NCBI GenBank assembly: GCA_036679605.1
Contig: JAZDCZ010000085.1
Coordinates: forward strand, 32,001-96,000
From: Gemmatimonadota bacterium
GTDB taxonomy: Bacteria; Gemmatimonadota; Gemmatimonadetes; Gemmatimonadales; GWC2-71-9
Direction: 5' to 3'
DNA: 64,000 bases
A program made the position numbers and the translations under genes. Below, in pieces: positions 1-8,860 of this stretch. Position 1 is the first letter of the stretch; every line of letters starts with the position of its first letter. Below the pieces are notes generated by a model. The model was given only the letters and a program-made list of their open reading frames with translations, did not search any database and had not been told where the DNA came from.

Positions 1-123
1 CGTCTCGCACGCCGCGCGCGTCGGTGCAATGACAATGACCCGGCCGGTCTGCGGCTCAGATCGTCGATACGCCTCCCGATCAGGTGGTAGGTAATGGTCG
101 CGGAAATCGTGACGGTCAGTCAC
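1..123 (-). CDS. Partial CDS running off the window start; possible SF2 (DEAD/DEAH) helicase N-terminus
   Basis: Manual translation from GTG at 123 gives MTDRHDFRDHYLPPDREAYRRSEPQTGRVIVIAPTRAACET. VIVIAPTR resembles helicase motif Ia. It starts 27 bp after the pfkA stop and is absent from the ORF track. Confidence 0.5.
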   Translation of the reverse strand, partial: MTDRHDFRDHYLPPDREAYRRSEPQTGRVIVIAPTRAACET

Positions 124-150
124 TTGCAGCCATCGCTCGAATTCCAGCGC

Positions 151-1230
151 CTAGTCGCCGAGGCTAATTCCAAGCTGTCGGGCTGTCGCTATTTCGTCGC
201 AGTCGATCGGGACAAGCTTCGGTTGCGCGAGTGCGTCCTTTATTGGCACCGTCGTCATGCGAGGAGGATCGAAGGCAACCATTTCACCAAACTTCCCGGC
301 CTCCACGGCGCGGACAGCCGCCGCGCCAAATCGCAAAGCTAGCAAACGATCGAACGTGGTAGGAGAGCCGCCTCTTTGTAGGTGGCCCAGCGTCAGTGTA
401 CGTGTTTCCTTCCCCGTGCGTTCTGCTATCGCGTCCGCCACTACACCGCTCGCTCCCCCCAACTGTTCCACTCCCCCAACGACTGCTGCGGACTTGACCG
501 TTACGTCTCCATGTCTCCCAGTCGCACCTTCGGCGACAACCACAATACTGAAATGACGACCACTGGCTTCACGATCCCTAATTTTGTCACACACTTTGTC
601 AATGTCATATGGGATTTCTGGGATGAGGATCACATCCACGCTGCCTGCAAGGCCGCAATGCAGCGCAATCCATCCGGCGTGCCTGCCCATCACCTCCACA
701 ACCATCACCCGCTGGTGACTCTCCGCCGTAGAGTGAATCTTGTCGAGCGCATCCGTGGCCGTGCTGACCGCTGTATCGAAACCGAAGGTGACTGACGTGC
801 CCCCGACATCGTTGTCAATGGTCTTGGGGACGCCCACGATCGGCAGTCCCATATCGCACAACTTGAGTGCGATCTCCAGCGTTCCATCGCCCCCGACGGC
901 TATCAATGCATCCAGTCCAGCACTTGTAGCGTTTTCGATGAGCCGGTCCGAGCGATCCTCCTCCACCCAGTCACCGTCGGTCGAGAGCACTGGCCAGCGG
1001 AAAGGATTGCCCCGGTTGGTTGTGCCTAGGATGGTGCCGCCAAGATGCGTAATGCCTCGCACGCTGTCTCGATCAAGGGGGATAACGCGTGCAGCATCTA
1101 GAAGTCCGCTGAAACCTCGCATCACTCCCAGAACTTCCCAATCTCTCTGTAGTGCCGATAGGACTATGGCGCGGATGACCGCGTTGAGGCCCGGTGCGTC
1201 CCCGCCACCGGTTGAAATGGCCACCCGCAC
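151..1230 (-). CDS. pfkA: 6-phosphofructokinase (group III type)
   Basis: Motifs TGGGDAPGLNAVIR, GGTILGT, GGDGT, PKTIDND, EVMGRHAGW and LGHLQRGG. Confidence 0.95.
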   Translation of the reverse strand: MRVAISTGGGDAPGLNAVIRAIVLSALQRDWEVLGVMRGFSGLLDAARVIPLDRDSVRGITHLGGTILGTTNRGNPFRWPVLSTDGDWVEEDRSDRLIENATSAGLDALIAVGGDGTLEIALKLCDMGLPIVGVPKTIDNDVGGTSVTFGFDTAVSTATDALDKIHSTAESHQRVMVVEVMGRHAGWIALHCGLAGSVDVILIPEIPYDIDKVCDKIRDREASGRHFSIVVVAEGATGRHGDVTVKSAAVVGGVEQLGGASGVVADAIAERTGKETRTLTLGHLQRGGSPTTFDRLLALRFGAAAVRAVEAGKFGEMVAFDPPRMTTVPIKDALAQPKLVPIDCDEIATARQLGISLGD

Positions 1231-1246
1231 TTAGGTACCCCGCTGA

Positions 1247-1477
1247 CTAATTTGTGGCTTCCCGGAGCAGATCTAGAACCTCTCCCGGTTCCGCATGTCG
1301 GTCGAGTTGCTTCTTGGAGAAAATTAGGTCACCGTCCATGGTGACTTCAAAGAGTCCTCCCGATGCCTCGATCAGTTTCACCTGGGCATCCGGATATTCG
1401 CTTTTGATTTCGGCCGCCAAACTGGAGGCCCGTGGCTCATAGTTTCAAACGCCGCAGTATTGGATACTGACGTGCAT
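1247..1477 (-). CDS. Rdx family (SelT/SelW/SelH-like) selenoprotein, CxxU, 76 aa
   Basis: ATG at 1477 with AGGAG RBS. Translation MHVSIQYCGV-UGA(1447-1445)-NYEPRASSLAAEIKSEYPDAQVKLIEASGGLFEVTMDGDLIFSKKQLDRHAEPGEVLDLLREATN-TAG. Shows the YCxxUxY, GxFEV and FSK signatures. Confidence 0.9.
1412..1430 (-). promoter_or_regulatory. Candidate bacterial SECIS hairpin
   Basis: GGCC-U-CCA-[GUU]-UGG-C-GGCC. The apical-loop G follows the UGA after a 22-nt spacer. Confidence 0.6.
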
Positions 1478-1557
1478 CGATACTCCTGCTTCAGGGTTCT
1501 GCATAATATTACGAACCCCGGCGTTGAGAAGCTACCTCGCAGCTTCAGGAAGGAAGT

Positions 1558-3693
1558 ATGACAACACGCACAAGCTGGTTTAGGCTTGCCGTGAGGTTGG
1601 GAGCGACCGCCTCGGTTTTTTTTGCTGCGGCTGAACTGATGACAGAAGCCGAAGCTCGGACCAGTTCGTTGCTGCTGATGTTGCTAGTATTGAGCGGGGC
1701 GGCCGCCGCTAGTCGCCGGTTTGCAATTGCACTGCCTGGAAAAGGACTTGCGTCGTTCGGGACGGGCGTCGCAATACTGGGCCTGTTGCTTTCTGGCTGG
1801 CAGGTGGCAACCCTGGCGATCGGTTTCGGCGTGCTCGTTGGAGATGCGGGCCTTAGGCGATCGAGTATGCCACATGCACTTGCTGAGGCAGGGCGGTTTG
1901 TACTGGCCACCGCAATGACCGGGCTGGCCTACAGATCGGCAGGCGGATTCACCGGAGCGGAGGCGATCTCAGTCGCGAACATCTTGCCGCTCACAATCGC
2001 ACTGTGGCTTCTGCCTGTGACAGCTCACGGGATTGCGCTGCTGGAGACTGCCCAACGTGACGGGTTCCATTGGCCGGACGTGAAACCTGCCCTCCAGTGG
2101 AAAGCGGTCAGCGCCGCCACTAGTGGGACGCTCGCGATCGGTTGGCTCAATCTACTTTCGGCAGGCCAGCCGACCGGCGCATGGATATTCCTCGCAACAA
2201 TCCTGCTCGGAGCCACTTTCCTTGCTCATTGGGTGATCGGCACTGCCGTAAAATCCGGACAACTGCGGTGGATCGTGGAGTTCAATGCAGCCGTGGCAAC
2301 GGACGGCGACATACGGCAAAGTTTTGAGCGGATCCGAGCCATCACTGGCCACCTCGTCCCCTGGGAGAGCATGACGCTTTCTCTGTTCGACAAAGATGCC
2401 GGCCAGATGCAGGTTCTTCTGGATAGCGACGGCGAGCACGATGAGCGCTACGACGCCGACTCAGACCTGGTTGCGGAAGCGCTGACCGCAAGGAGTCCGG
2501 TTGTGGCCAATGAGTTCACACGCGGCGACCTCTCGCTACCAGCCGGCCAAGCGGCGGCATCGGAGATAGTTGTGCCGTTGATCCAGCGAGAACGAGTAGT
2601 AGGCATTTGGAGAGTGCGACACTCGGATTCCACCATTTATTCTGCGGCAGACGGTAAACTGCTCGGGTCACTGGCACCGGTTCTTGGTTTTTCGCTCAAC
2701 ATCACGAGTGTTCTCGATCTACTGACAGACGTAGGCGAACGGACCACGGCCTACGTTGCGAACCTTGAGGCATCCGGGGCGGAAACGCGCGACGCCGCTC
2801 GGGCCCTGGCCGATCGGGCTTCCTCGTCAGGATCCGAGGCCAGCCGTGCCGCGGACCGGGCAAAGGCCGCTGGTCAGGCAGTAGAGCGGTTAGTCGAGGG
2901 AATCGAAGAGAGCGCACGAGTAGGGCTCGATGCAGAAATCGCAACCCGTTCCTTCGCCGATACGGCCGGAAACGCACACGAAGCTAGCCGTGACGTCGTG
3001 GGCAAGGTGGGTGAAGTCGCCTCAACGATCGAGCTTGGAGTCGCCGAGGTGGGTCGGCTGCGGCAAGCGGCAAAGGAAGTAGAGGATTTCTCCGAGACGA
3101 TCGCCAACATAGCGAACCAGACCAATCTGCTGGCTCTGAACGCCACAATCGAGGCCGCCCGAACGGGCGCCCGAGGGAAGGGGTTCACCGTCGTAGCCGA
3201 TGAGGTGCGAAAGCTCGCCGAACAGAGCGCCGAAGCAGCCAGCAATATTGGGCGGAGCACTCAAGACACGAGCCGCGCGATCGACAAAGCGGCTCTTGTC
3301 TTGGAGCGACTAGACACACAACTGACTGAACTCGCTACTGCGTCGCAAAGCTGGGACAAGGAACTGGCCGCAATAGCCGAAACTGCGCGCGTCACAAGAC
3401 GGGCAGGCAAACGGATCGCCGACCTGCCCAAGAGCAACCTCGAAATCGCTAGAGAGATGGATGTGATATTGGATGACGTGCACGGGGCCACTGTTAGTTC
3501 TGCGACCAGCGCCGAGCAGATCGCCGCTGGAGCACTACAACTATCGACAAAACAAGAGCTTACGAGGTGGAGCGAAGAACTCGCAAGACTCGCTCGGAGA
3601 CTTAGTGATTCCGTCTCCACTTTGGCGGCCGAACACCATGGTGGCTTGCGCACTACCGACGGCCAGAGTGGCACGAGGGATACAAATACTTAG
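1558..3693 (+). CDS. Methyl-accepting chemotaxis-like protein (multi-TM N-terminus, GAF, MCP signal domain)
   Basis: Hydrophobic N-terminal ~230 aa, GAF-like [19 protein letters not shown], and the MCP hairpin [36 protein letters not shown]. Confidence 0.88.
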   Translation: MTTRTSWFRLAVRLGATASVFFAAAELMTEAEARTSSLLLMLLVLSGAAAASRRFAIALPGKGLASFGTGVAILGLLLSGWQVATLAIGFGVLVGDAGLRRSSMPHALAEAGRFVLATAMTGLAYRSAGGFTGAEAISVANILPLTIALWLLPVTAHGIALLETAQRDGFHWPDVKPALQWKAVSAATSGTLAIGWLNLLSAGQPTGAWIFLATILLGATFLAHWVIGTAVKSGQLRWIVEFNAAVATDGDIRQSFERIRAITGHLVPWESMTLSLFDKDAGQMQVLLDSDGEHDERYDADSDLVAEALTARSPVVANEFTRGDLSLPAGQAAASEIVVPLIQRERVVGIWRVRHSDSTIYSAADGKLLGSLAPVLGFSLNITSVLDLLTDVGERTTAYVANLEASGAETRDAARALADRASSSGSEASRAADRAKAAGQAVERLVEGIEESARVGLDAEIATRSFADTAGNAHEASRDVVGKVGEVASTIELGVAEVGRLRQAAKEVEDFSETIANIANQTNLLALNATIEAARTGARGKGFTVVADEVRKLAEQSAEAASNIGRSTQDTSRAIDKAALVLERLDTQLTELATASQSWDKELAAIAETARVTRRAGKRIADLPKSNLEIAREMDVILDDVHGATVSSATSAEQIAAGALQLSTKQELTRWSEELARLARRLSDSVSTLAAEHHGGLRTTDGQSGTRDTNT

Positions 3694-3697
3694 ATTG

Positions 3698-5290
3698 ATG
3701 CGCATGCCCGATAACCTAGGGCCGTCGTTCGGCCTTATCGCCGTCGTTGCGGCCGTTACCCTTCTTTTCGCGTCGTCGAGCGTTGCACAGACGGGTAGCA
3801 GAGCACAGATCGAACTCGGTTCGTTTGGCGGGTTCACCTCGTACGACGATTCCCTCAACCTCCAGAACGAATTCGGCGCCGGTGGGCGGCTCGGTTTTTT
3901 CCTGAGCAGTGTTTTCCAACTGGAAGGCAGCGGAGACTTCACTCGGACACACCTCTCTACTACCGGCGACCCGGTCAACGTGGCGCGCATAGGCGGCACG
4001 CTCATCGCACAGGGACACCTCACCTCGTGGGACGCGCTCTATTTCGGCGCAGGTTACGAGAGAGTGTTCTACCGCGGAGCAATCGACAGAGAGGAGGATG
4101 GCGCCCAGGTACTTGTGGGAAACCGACTGTCTCTTGGTGGACGAGCCGCACTCAGATTGCAGGCGAACGGATCTTTCTTTCCGGCGGGAAAGCTCCGCGT
4201 GGTCAATCTGGGTGGCTCGTTGGGTATTTCGATCTACACATTCGGGGGTCCACAGCGCGACGCAGACGAAGATCTGGTCGCCGACAAACGCGATGACTGT
4301 CCCAACACTTTGCACGGCGCTTCAGTAGACGATAGTGGGTGTCCGTCGGATACTGACGGCGACATGGTTCTCGACGGATTGGATGAATGCCCCGGGACCC
4401 CGGCGGGTGCAAGAGTTGATAGGGAGGGCTGCCCCAGTGACGCCGACGGTGACGGAGTGTTTGACGGCATCGACGAATGTCCCGACACTCCTGCGGGAGC
4501 GACTGCCGACGCCACCGGCTGCCCAAGTGACGAGGACGACGATCTGGTCTTCGACGGGCTAGACCTGTGTCCTGGTACCCCACAGGGTGCAACGGTAGAC
4601 GGCGACGGATGCCCTAGCGACGGTGACCTCGACAGTGTGTTAGACGGCATCGACCGCTGCCCCGATACGCCGGCCGGAGTGGTGGTGGATGACGCGGGAT
4701 GTTCTATCGATAGCGACGCTGACGGAGTTTTCAACGCAGTCGATGCCTGCCCGGACACGCCAGCCGGCACCGAAGTGAACGAGCGTGGCTGCACGCTCGT
4801 CAGCGACACCGACGGCGACGGCGTAGCCGACCCTGAGGACCGCTGTCCCAATACTGCTCCCGGACAGAACGTGGATGCTGTAGGTTGCCCCATTCTGTTT
4901 GTGATCGAACAGGGCCAGTTCGTCAGTCGCGAGGGACGCCGTGGCCCCCTGGTTTTGAGCGGTGTAAATTTTGCGAGCGGCCGTTCTGTATTGACGCGGG
5001 CCTCCTATACCACCCTCGATGCAGTCGCCGCCTCACTCTTGGTCTACCCAGAAGTGCGCGTCGAGATCGCCGGTCACACCGACGCGACAGGATCGGACCG
5101 GATAAACCGGCCGCTCTCACAGGCACGAGCCGGAGCGGTCATGGCGTACTTGGCCAGACAAGGTGTACCGCCGCAACGGATGGCAGCACAGGGATACGGA
5201 TCAGATCAACCGATTGCCCCCAACTCAACCCGCGCAGGACGAGCAAGAAACCGGCGCGTCGAACTAAGGATCATAGAGAATAATCCTTAG
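3698..5290 (+). CDS. OmpA family outer-membrane protein with thrombospondin type-3 repeats
   Basis: Signal peptide, beta-barrel-like region, DxDGDGVxDxxDxCPxTPxGxxVDxxGC repeats and a C-terminal OmpA-like domain (VEIAGHTD..LSQARA..NRRVE). Start revised to ATG 3698 (or 3704). Confidence 0.92.
   Translation: MRMPDNLGPSFGLIAVVAAVTLLFASSSVAQTGSRAQIELGSFGGFTSYDDSLNLQNEFGAGGRLGFFLSSVFQLEGSGDFTRTHLSTTGDPVNVARIGGTLIAQGHLTSWDALYFGAGYERVFYRGAIDREEDGAQVLVGNRLSLGGRAALRLQANGSFFPAGKLRVVNLGGSLGISIYTFGGPQRDADEDLVADKRDDCPNTLHGASVDDSGCPSDTDGDMVLDGLDECPGTPAGARVDREGCPSDADGDGVFDGIDECPDTPAGATADATGCPSDEDDDLVFDGLDLCPGTPQGATVDGDGCPSDGDLDSVLDGIDRCPDTPAGVVVDDAGCSIDSDADGVFNAVDACPDTPAGTEVNERGCTLVSDTDGDGVADPEDRCPNTAPGQNVDAVGCPILFVIEQGQFVSREGRRGPLVLSGVNFASGRSVLTRASYTTLDAVAASLLVYPEVRVEIAGHTDATGSDRINRPLSQARAGAVMAYLARQGVPPQRMAAQGYGSDQPIAPNSTRAGRARNRRVELRIIENNP
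4258..4890 (+). repeat. About seven degenerate ~30-aa TSP3-like Ca-binding coding repeats
   Basis: Recurring D-x-D-G-D-x-V-x-D-x-x-D-x-C-P-x-T-P units within the OmpA CDS. Confidence 0.85.
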
Positions 5291-5303
5291 ATCCCACCAC
5301 ATT

Positions 5304-7628
5304 ATGAGGATGCAAATGCGAAGCCCTCTCAAGTTCGCTGTGCCTGTACTCGCTCTTCTGCTGGCGGTTCCCGTCTCAGCACAGCAGATCCCAGCGCCCG
5401 AATCTGTCCTTGGATTCGTTCCGGGAACGGATAAGAAATTGGTCGAGTGGCCCATTCTGGTCGATTACTATCGCCAACTTGCGGCAGCCAGTGATCGCGT
5501 GGAGTACAGAGAACTCGGGAAAACCACGCTCGGCGCTCCATTCGTCGCGCTCATCATCTCAAGCGCCGACAACATGACGCAATTGAACGAGATTCGCGCC
5601 ATGAACGCCAAGCTAGCCGACCCGCGCACGTTGCGATCTGATACGGAAAAGCAACAAATCTTGGACGAGGGCAAGACGATCGTCCTAATCACGTCGAGCA
5701 TTCACTCTACGGAAGTCGGCGGACATCTGACTCCCACGTTGATCGCACATAAACTGGCCAGCGAGAATACGCCGGAGGTCAAACAGATTCTCGACAACAC
5801 CGTCGTACTGCTTGTGCCGTCGCTCAACCCGGACGGAGTGACAATCGTTGCGCGGTGGTACAACAGGACGTTGGGGACCCCTGCAGAAGGCAGCAGACCG
5901 CCGGAGCTATACCATCACTACGTAGGGCACGACAACAACCGGGATTGGTACGCGTTCACGCAGGTGGAAACGCAATACACTATCGATAGTCTGTACAGCG
6001 TGTGGCATCCGCAGATAGTTCACGACATACATCAACAAGGGTCGAACGGAAGCAGGTTCTTTCTACCGCCGTTCATGGATCCAGTCGAACCGAATGTCGA
6101 TCCTTTGATCGTGGAGGGATTCACTACCCTTGGCACATACATGGCGTGGAAGCTCGCCGGCCAAGGCAAGACAGGAATCGTGAAAAGCTCGACCTACGAC
6201 GCCTGGACGCCGGCGCGGGCTTACATGCACCATCATGCCGGTGTCCGCGTGCTGTCAGAGACCGCCAGCGCTCGTCTCGCTAGTCCCATAGAAGTTCCGT
6301 TCGAGCGACTCCGTGGTCGTCGCGGTTTCGACGCCCAGAAATCGAGCTGGAACTTCCCGAATCCATGGCCTGGCGGCAAGTGGACGTTAGCGAACATTGT
6401 GGACTATCAAACATCAGGTGCTTTTGCACTGATGGAGCACGCTGCCAAGGGACGGCGCACGTGGCTTTCCAATTTTGCACGCATTGGTGAACGAGCGGCA
6501 CACGGGTGGAAAAACTGGCCATACGCATACGTGATACCCTACGAAAACCAGAACTCCATATCGCTCGCGACCATGCTGAAAATCATGGAACGAGGGCAGG
6601 TCGAAGTTCGAACCGCCAAGAAATCGTTCTCGGTTGACGCGAACGAATATCCCAAAGGAACGTACGTCATGGTACTGAGGCAGCCCTACGCCTCGTTTGG
6701 GAAGGCACTGCTGGAACTCCAAGACTATCCCGACTTGAGACTCTATCCTGGTGGGCCGCCGAAGCCGCCGTACGATGTCACCGCACACACACTGCCGCTT
6801 CTCATGGGAGTGGACGTTGCTATGGTGGATGACAGCATTCCCGTCGAGCTGTCCGATCCGGTATCGGTGCCTGCCCCTCGCACATGGTACAACGGCTTGA
6901 GCCGTGACTCGGGCAGTCGGCGTATCGGTCTCTACAAGAGCTTCACCGGCTCGATGGACGAAGGCTGGACGCGGTGGATTTTTGACACGTGGCACATGAG
7001 GTATGAGTCACTCAGCAACTCCGACATGCAGCAAACCAACCTCGCCAAAAAATACGACGCCATAGTGATACCCGACATGTCACAGCGTGAGATCTTGGCG
7101 GGGTTGCCCGCCAGCAGCTATCCGGTCGAGTACACTGGTGGTTTGAAAGGTGAGGGTGCCCTGAGATTAAAACAATTCGTTCTCGATGGTGGGACCGCTA
7201 TCTTTTTGAACGCATCTACCGCTTTTGCGATCGATCTTTTTGAACTTCCGGTGCGCAACGTGCTCGCCGGTCTCGGCTCAGAGGAGTTCTACGCCCCTGG
7301 CACCATCTTCAGATTGCAGCTCGATACCGGGCACCCACTGACCCGGAACATGCCGGAGGAAACCATCGCATGGTTTCAACGCAGCCCAGCATTCGCGGTG
7401 TCCGACACCAGCTCAATAAAGATTGTCGGACGTTATCCCGACGATCCCGACGACGTTCTGTTGTCGGGTTGGGTGTTAGGACCCGATCATGTTGCCGGTA
7501 GGGCTGCGCTAATCGACGCATCCGTTGGCAAGGGTCACGTGGTGTTGTTTGGATTCAAACCGCAGTACCGCGCTCAGACGATCGCGACCTTTCCGCTGCT
7601 ATTCAACGCGTTGCAGCCGAGAAAATGA
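5304..7628 (+). CDS. Secreted M14 family zinc carboxypeptidase
   Basis: Signal peptide; IHSTE, LNPDG, DNNRDW and DIHQQG motifs; C-terminal glutamine-amidotransferase-like domain. Confidence 0.88.
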   Translation: MRMQMRSPLKFAVPVLALLLAVPVSAQQIPAPESVLGFVPGTDKKLVEWPILVDYYRQLAAASDRVEYRELGKTTLGAPFVALIISSADNMTQLNEIRAMNAKLADPRTLRSDTEKQQILDEGKTIVLITSSIHSTEVGGHLTPTLIAHKLASENTPEVKQILDNTVVLLVPSLNPDGVTIVARWYNRTLGTPAEGSRPPELYHHYVGHDNNRDWYAFTQVETQYTIDSLYSVWHPQIVHDIHQQGSNGSRFFLPPFMDPVEPNVDPLIVEGFTTLGTYMAWKLAGQGKTGIVKSSTYDAWTPARAYMHHHAGVRVLSETASARLASPIEVPFERLRGRRGFDAQKSSWNFPNPWPGGKWTLANIVDYQTSGAFALMEHAAKGRRTWLSNFARIGERAAHGWKNWPYAYVIPYENQNSISLATMLKIMERGQVEVRTAKKSFSVDANEYPKGTYVMVLRQPYASFGKALLELQDYPDLRLYPGGPPKPPYDVTAHTLPLLMGVDVAMVDDSIPVELSDPVSVPAPRTWYNGLSRDSGSRRIGLYKSFTGSMDEGWTRWIFDTWHMRYESLSNSDMQQTNLAKKYDAIVIPDMSQREILAGLPASSYPVEYTGGLKGEGALRLKQFVLDGGTAIFLNASTAFAIDLFELPVRNVLAGLGSEEFYAPGTIFRLQLDTGHPLTRNMPEETIAWFQRSPAFAVSDTSSIKIVGRYPDDPDDVLLSGWVLGPDHVAGRAALIDASVGKGHVVLFGFKPQYRAQTIATFPLLFNALQPRK

Positions 7629-8854
7629 TTCGAGATCGTAGTGCAGTGATGCTCGCCCTCGCCATCCTGTTGTCAGCGCGAGTACTCGGTGCACAAGACG
7701 CTCAGCCTCCACCTTGGAGGAGCGGCCAACATCACGGTAAGCAACGTCCCAACTATTTGGCGGAGATTACTCCTCAGGGGGGCTTAGCCACAATCAACCT
7801 ACCGCCACCACCGCCCGGCGCATCGCCCGCCGTGGTCAAGGGATTGTACGTAAACGCATGGATATTTGGGTCGAGCAGGTTCTATGACTTGGTCGCGTTG
7901 GCTGACACAACCGAAGTCAACGCGTTCGTGATCGATATCAAGGACGGCACTGGTTACATAACATACAGATCGAGCGTTCCCGTTGCCGAGGCGGTCGGCG
8001 CGAACGCTTGGGCGCGAGCGCCGGACGTCAGAAAGCGCCTAGCGGTATTGCGAGAACACGGTATCTACCCGATCGCCCGCATCGTCGTCGCGAAGGACAC
8101 GTTGCTCGCCACCCATAAGCCGGAGTGGGCCGTTCACTCTGCAGGCGGTGGCCTGTGGCGCGATCGATTCGGAGGTGCGTGGGTCGACGCGTACCGTGAT
8201 TCCGTTTGGATCTACGCAGCAGATCTGGCGGCCGAAGCTGTGCTACTCGGGTTCAGAGAGATCCAGTTCGACTATGTAAGATTCCCAGACGAAAAGGCTG
8301 AACTGTTGGAGCAGGCGATATTCCCCGCTAGGGAACCTCGTGAATCACGACGCCGCGGGATTCGCCGCAACCTCACTTTGGCAAAGGAGCGACTCGAGGC
8401 CTTGGGTGTTCCGCTCACCGTAGATGTGTTCGGGCTCACCACGAGCGCTTTGGACGATCTTGGAATCGGTCAGAATTGGGAAGATCTGCTGTCGGTGGTC
8501 GACGTCGTGCTTCCGATGGTCTACCCCAGCCACTACTACAAAGGTGCCTATGGATTCAGTTTTCCCAATGCCGAACCGTACGGAGTAGTTCGAAGGGCAC
8601 TCGAAGACGGTCTGCGCCGCGCGGCGAGCGTCGCCGGCGCCGCTCAGGTTAGACCTTTCTTACAGTCATTCTCGATCCGCCGCGTACGCTACACTGCTGT
8701 CGAAGTGCGGGCTCAGATAGCTGCGGTAGAAGATGTGGGTCTCACCGACTGGGTGCTGTGGAACGCGAGCGGCCGTTATCCGGCCGGCGCGTTCCGGCCG
8801 AGCGATTCCCCGTACGTCGACTCAGCGACAACGGTCGATCGCAGGCCCGATTAG
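7625..8854 (+). CDS. Putative glycoside hydrolase (DUF4015-like)
   Basis: VKGLYV, NAFVIDIKD, IQFDYVRFPD, PMVYPSHY and RPFLQSF motifs. ATGA overlap with the upstream gene. Confidence 0.8.
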   Translation: MIRDRSAVMLALAILLSARVLGAQDAQPPPWRSGQHHGKQRPNYLAEITPQGGLATINLPPPPPGASPAVVKGLYVNAWIFGSSRFYDLVALADTTEVNAFVIDIKDGTGYITYRSSVPVAEAVGANAWARAPDVRKRLAVLREHGIYPIARIVVAKDTLLATHKPEWAVHSAGGGLWRDRFGGAWVDAYRDSVWIYAADLAAEAVLLGFREIQFDYVRFPDEKAELLEQAIFPAREPRESRRRGIRRNLTLAKERLEALGVPLTVDVFGLTTSALDDLGIGQNWEDLLSVVDVVLPMVYPSHYYKGAYGFSFPNAEPYGVVRRALEDGLRRAASVAGAAQVRPFLQSFSIRRVRYTAVEVRAQIAAVEDVGLTDWVLWNASGRYPAGAFRPSDSPYVDSATTVDRRPD

Positions 8855-8860
8855 CACTAG

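Noticed and set aside
1254..1442. 62-aa plus-strand ORF from the track
   Set aside because: It is the antisense shadow of the Rdx selenoprotein gene, which has an RBS and family motifs.
1445..1447. Genome-wide UGA reassignment (code 4/25) as the explanation for the in-frame UGA
   Set aside because: UGA terminates other genes at expected ends, for example the ATGA/GTGA overlaps at 7625-7628, 24741-24744 and 33626-33629.
3473..3697. N-terminal extension of the OmpA ORF
   Set aside because: It overlaps the MCP gene; the signal peptide begins after ATG 3698/3704.
4258..4890. Periodic repeats as a possible CRISPR array
   Set aside because: They are degenerate in-frame TSP3 protein repeats, with no identical repeat-spacer pattern and no cas genes.
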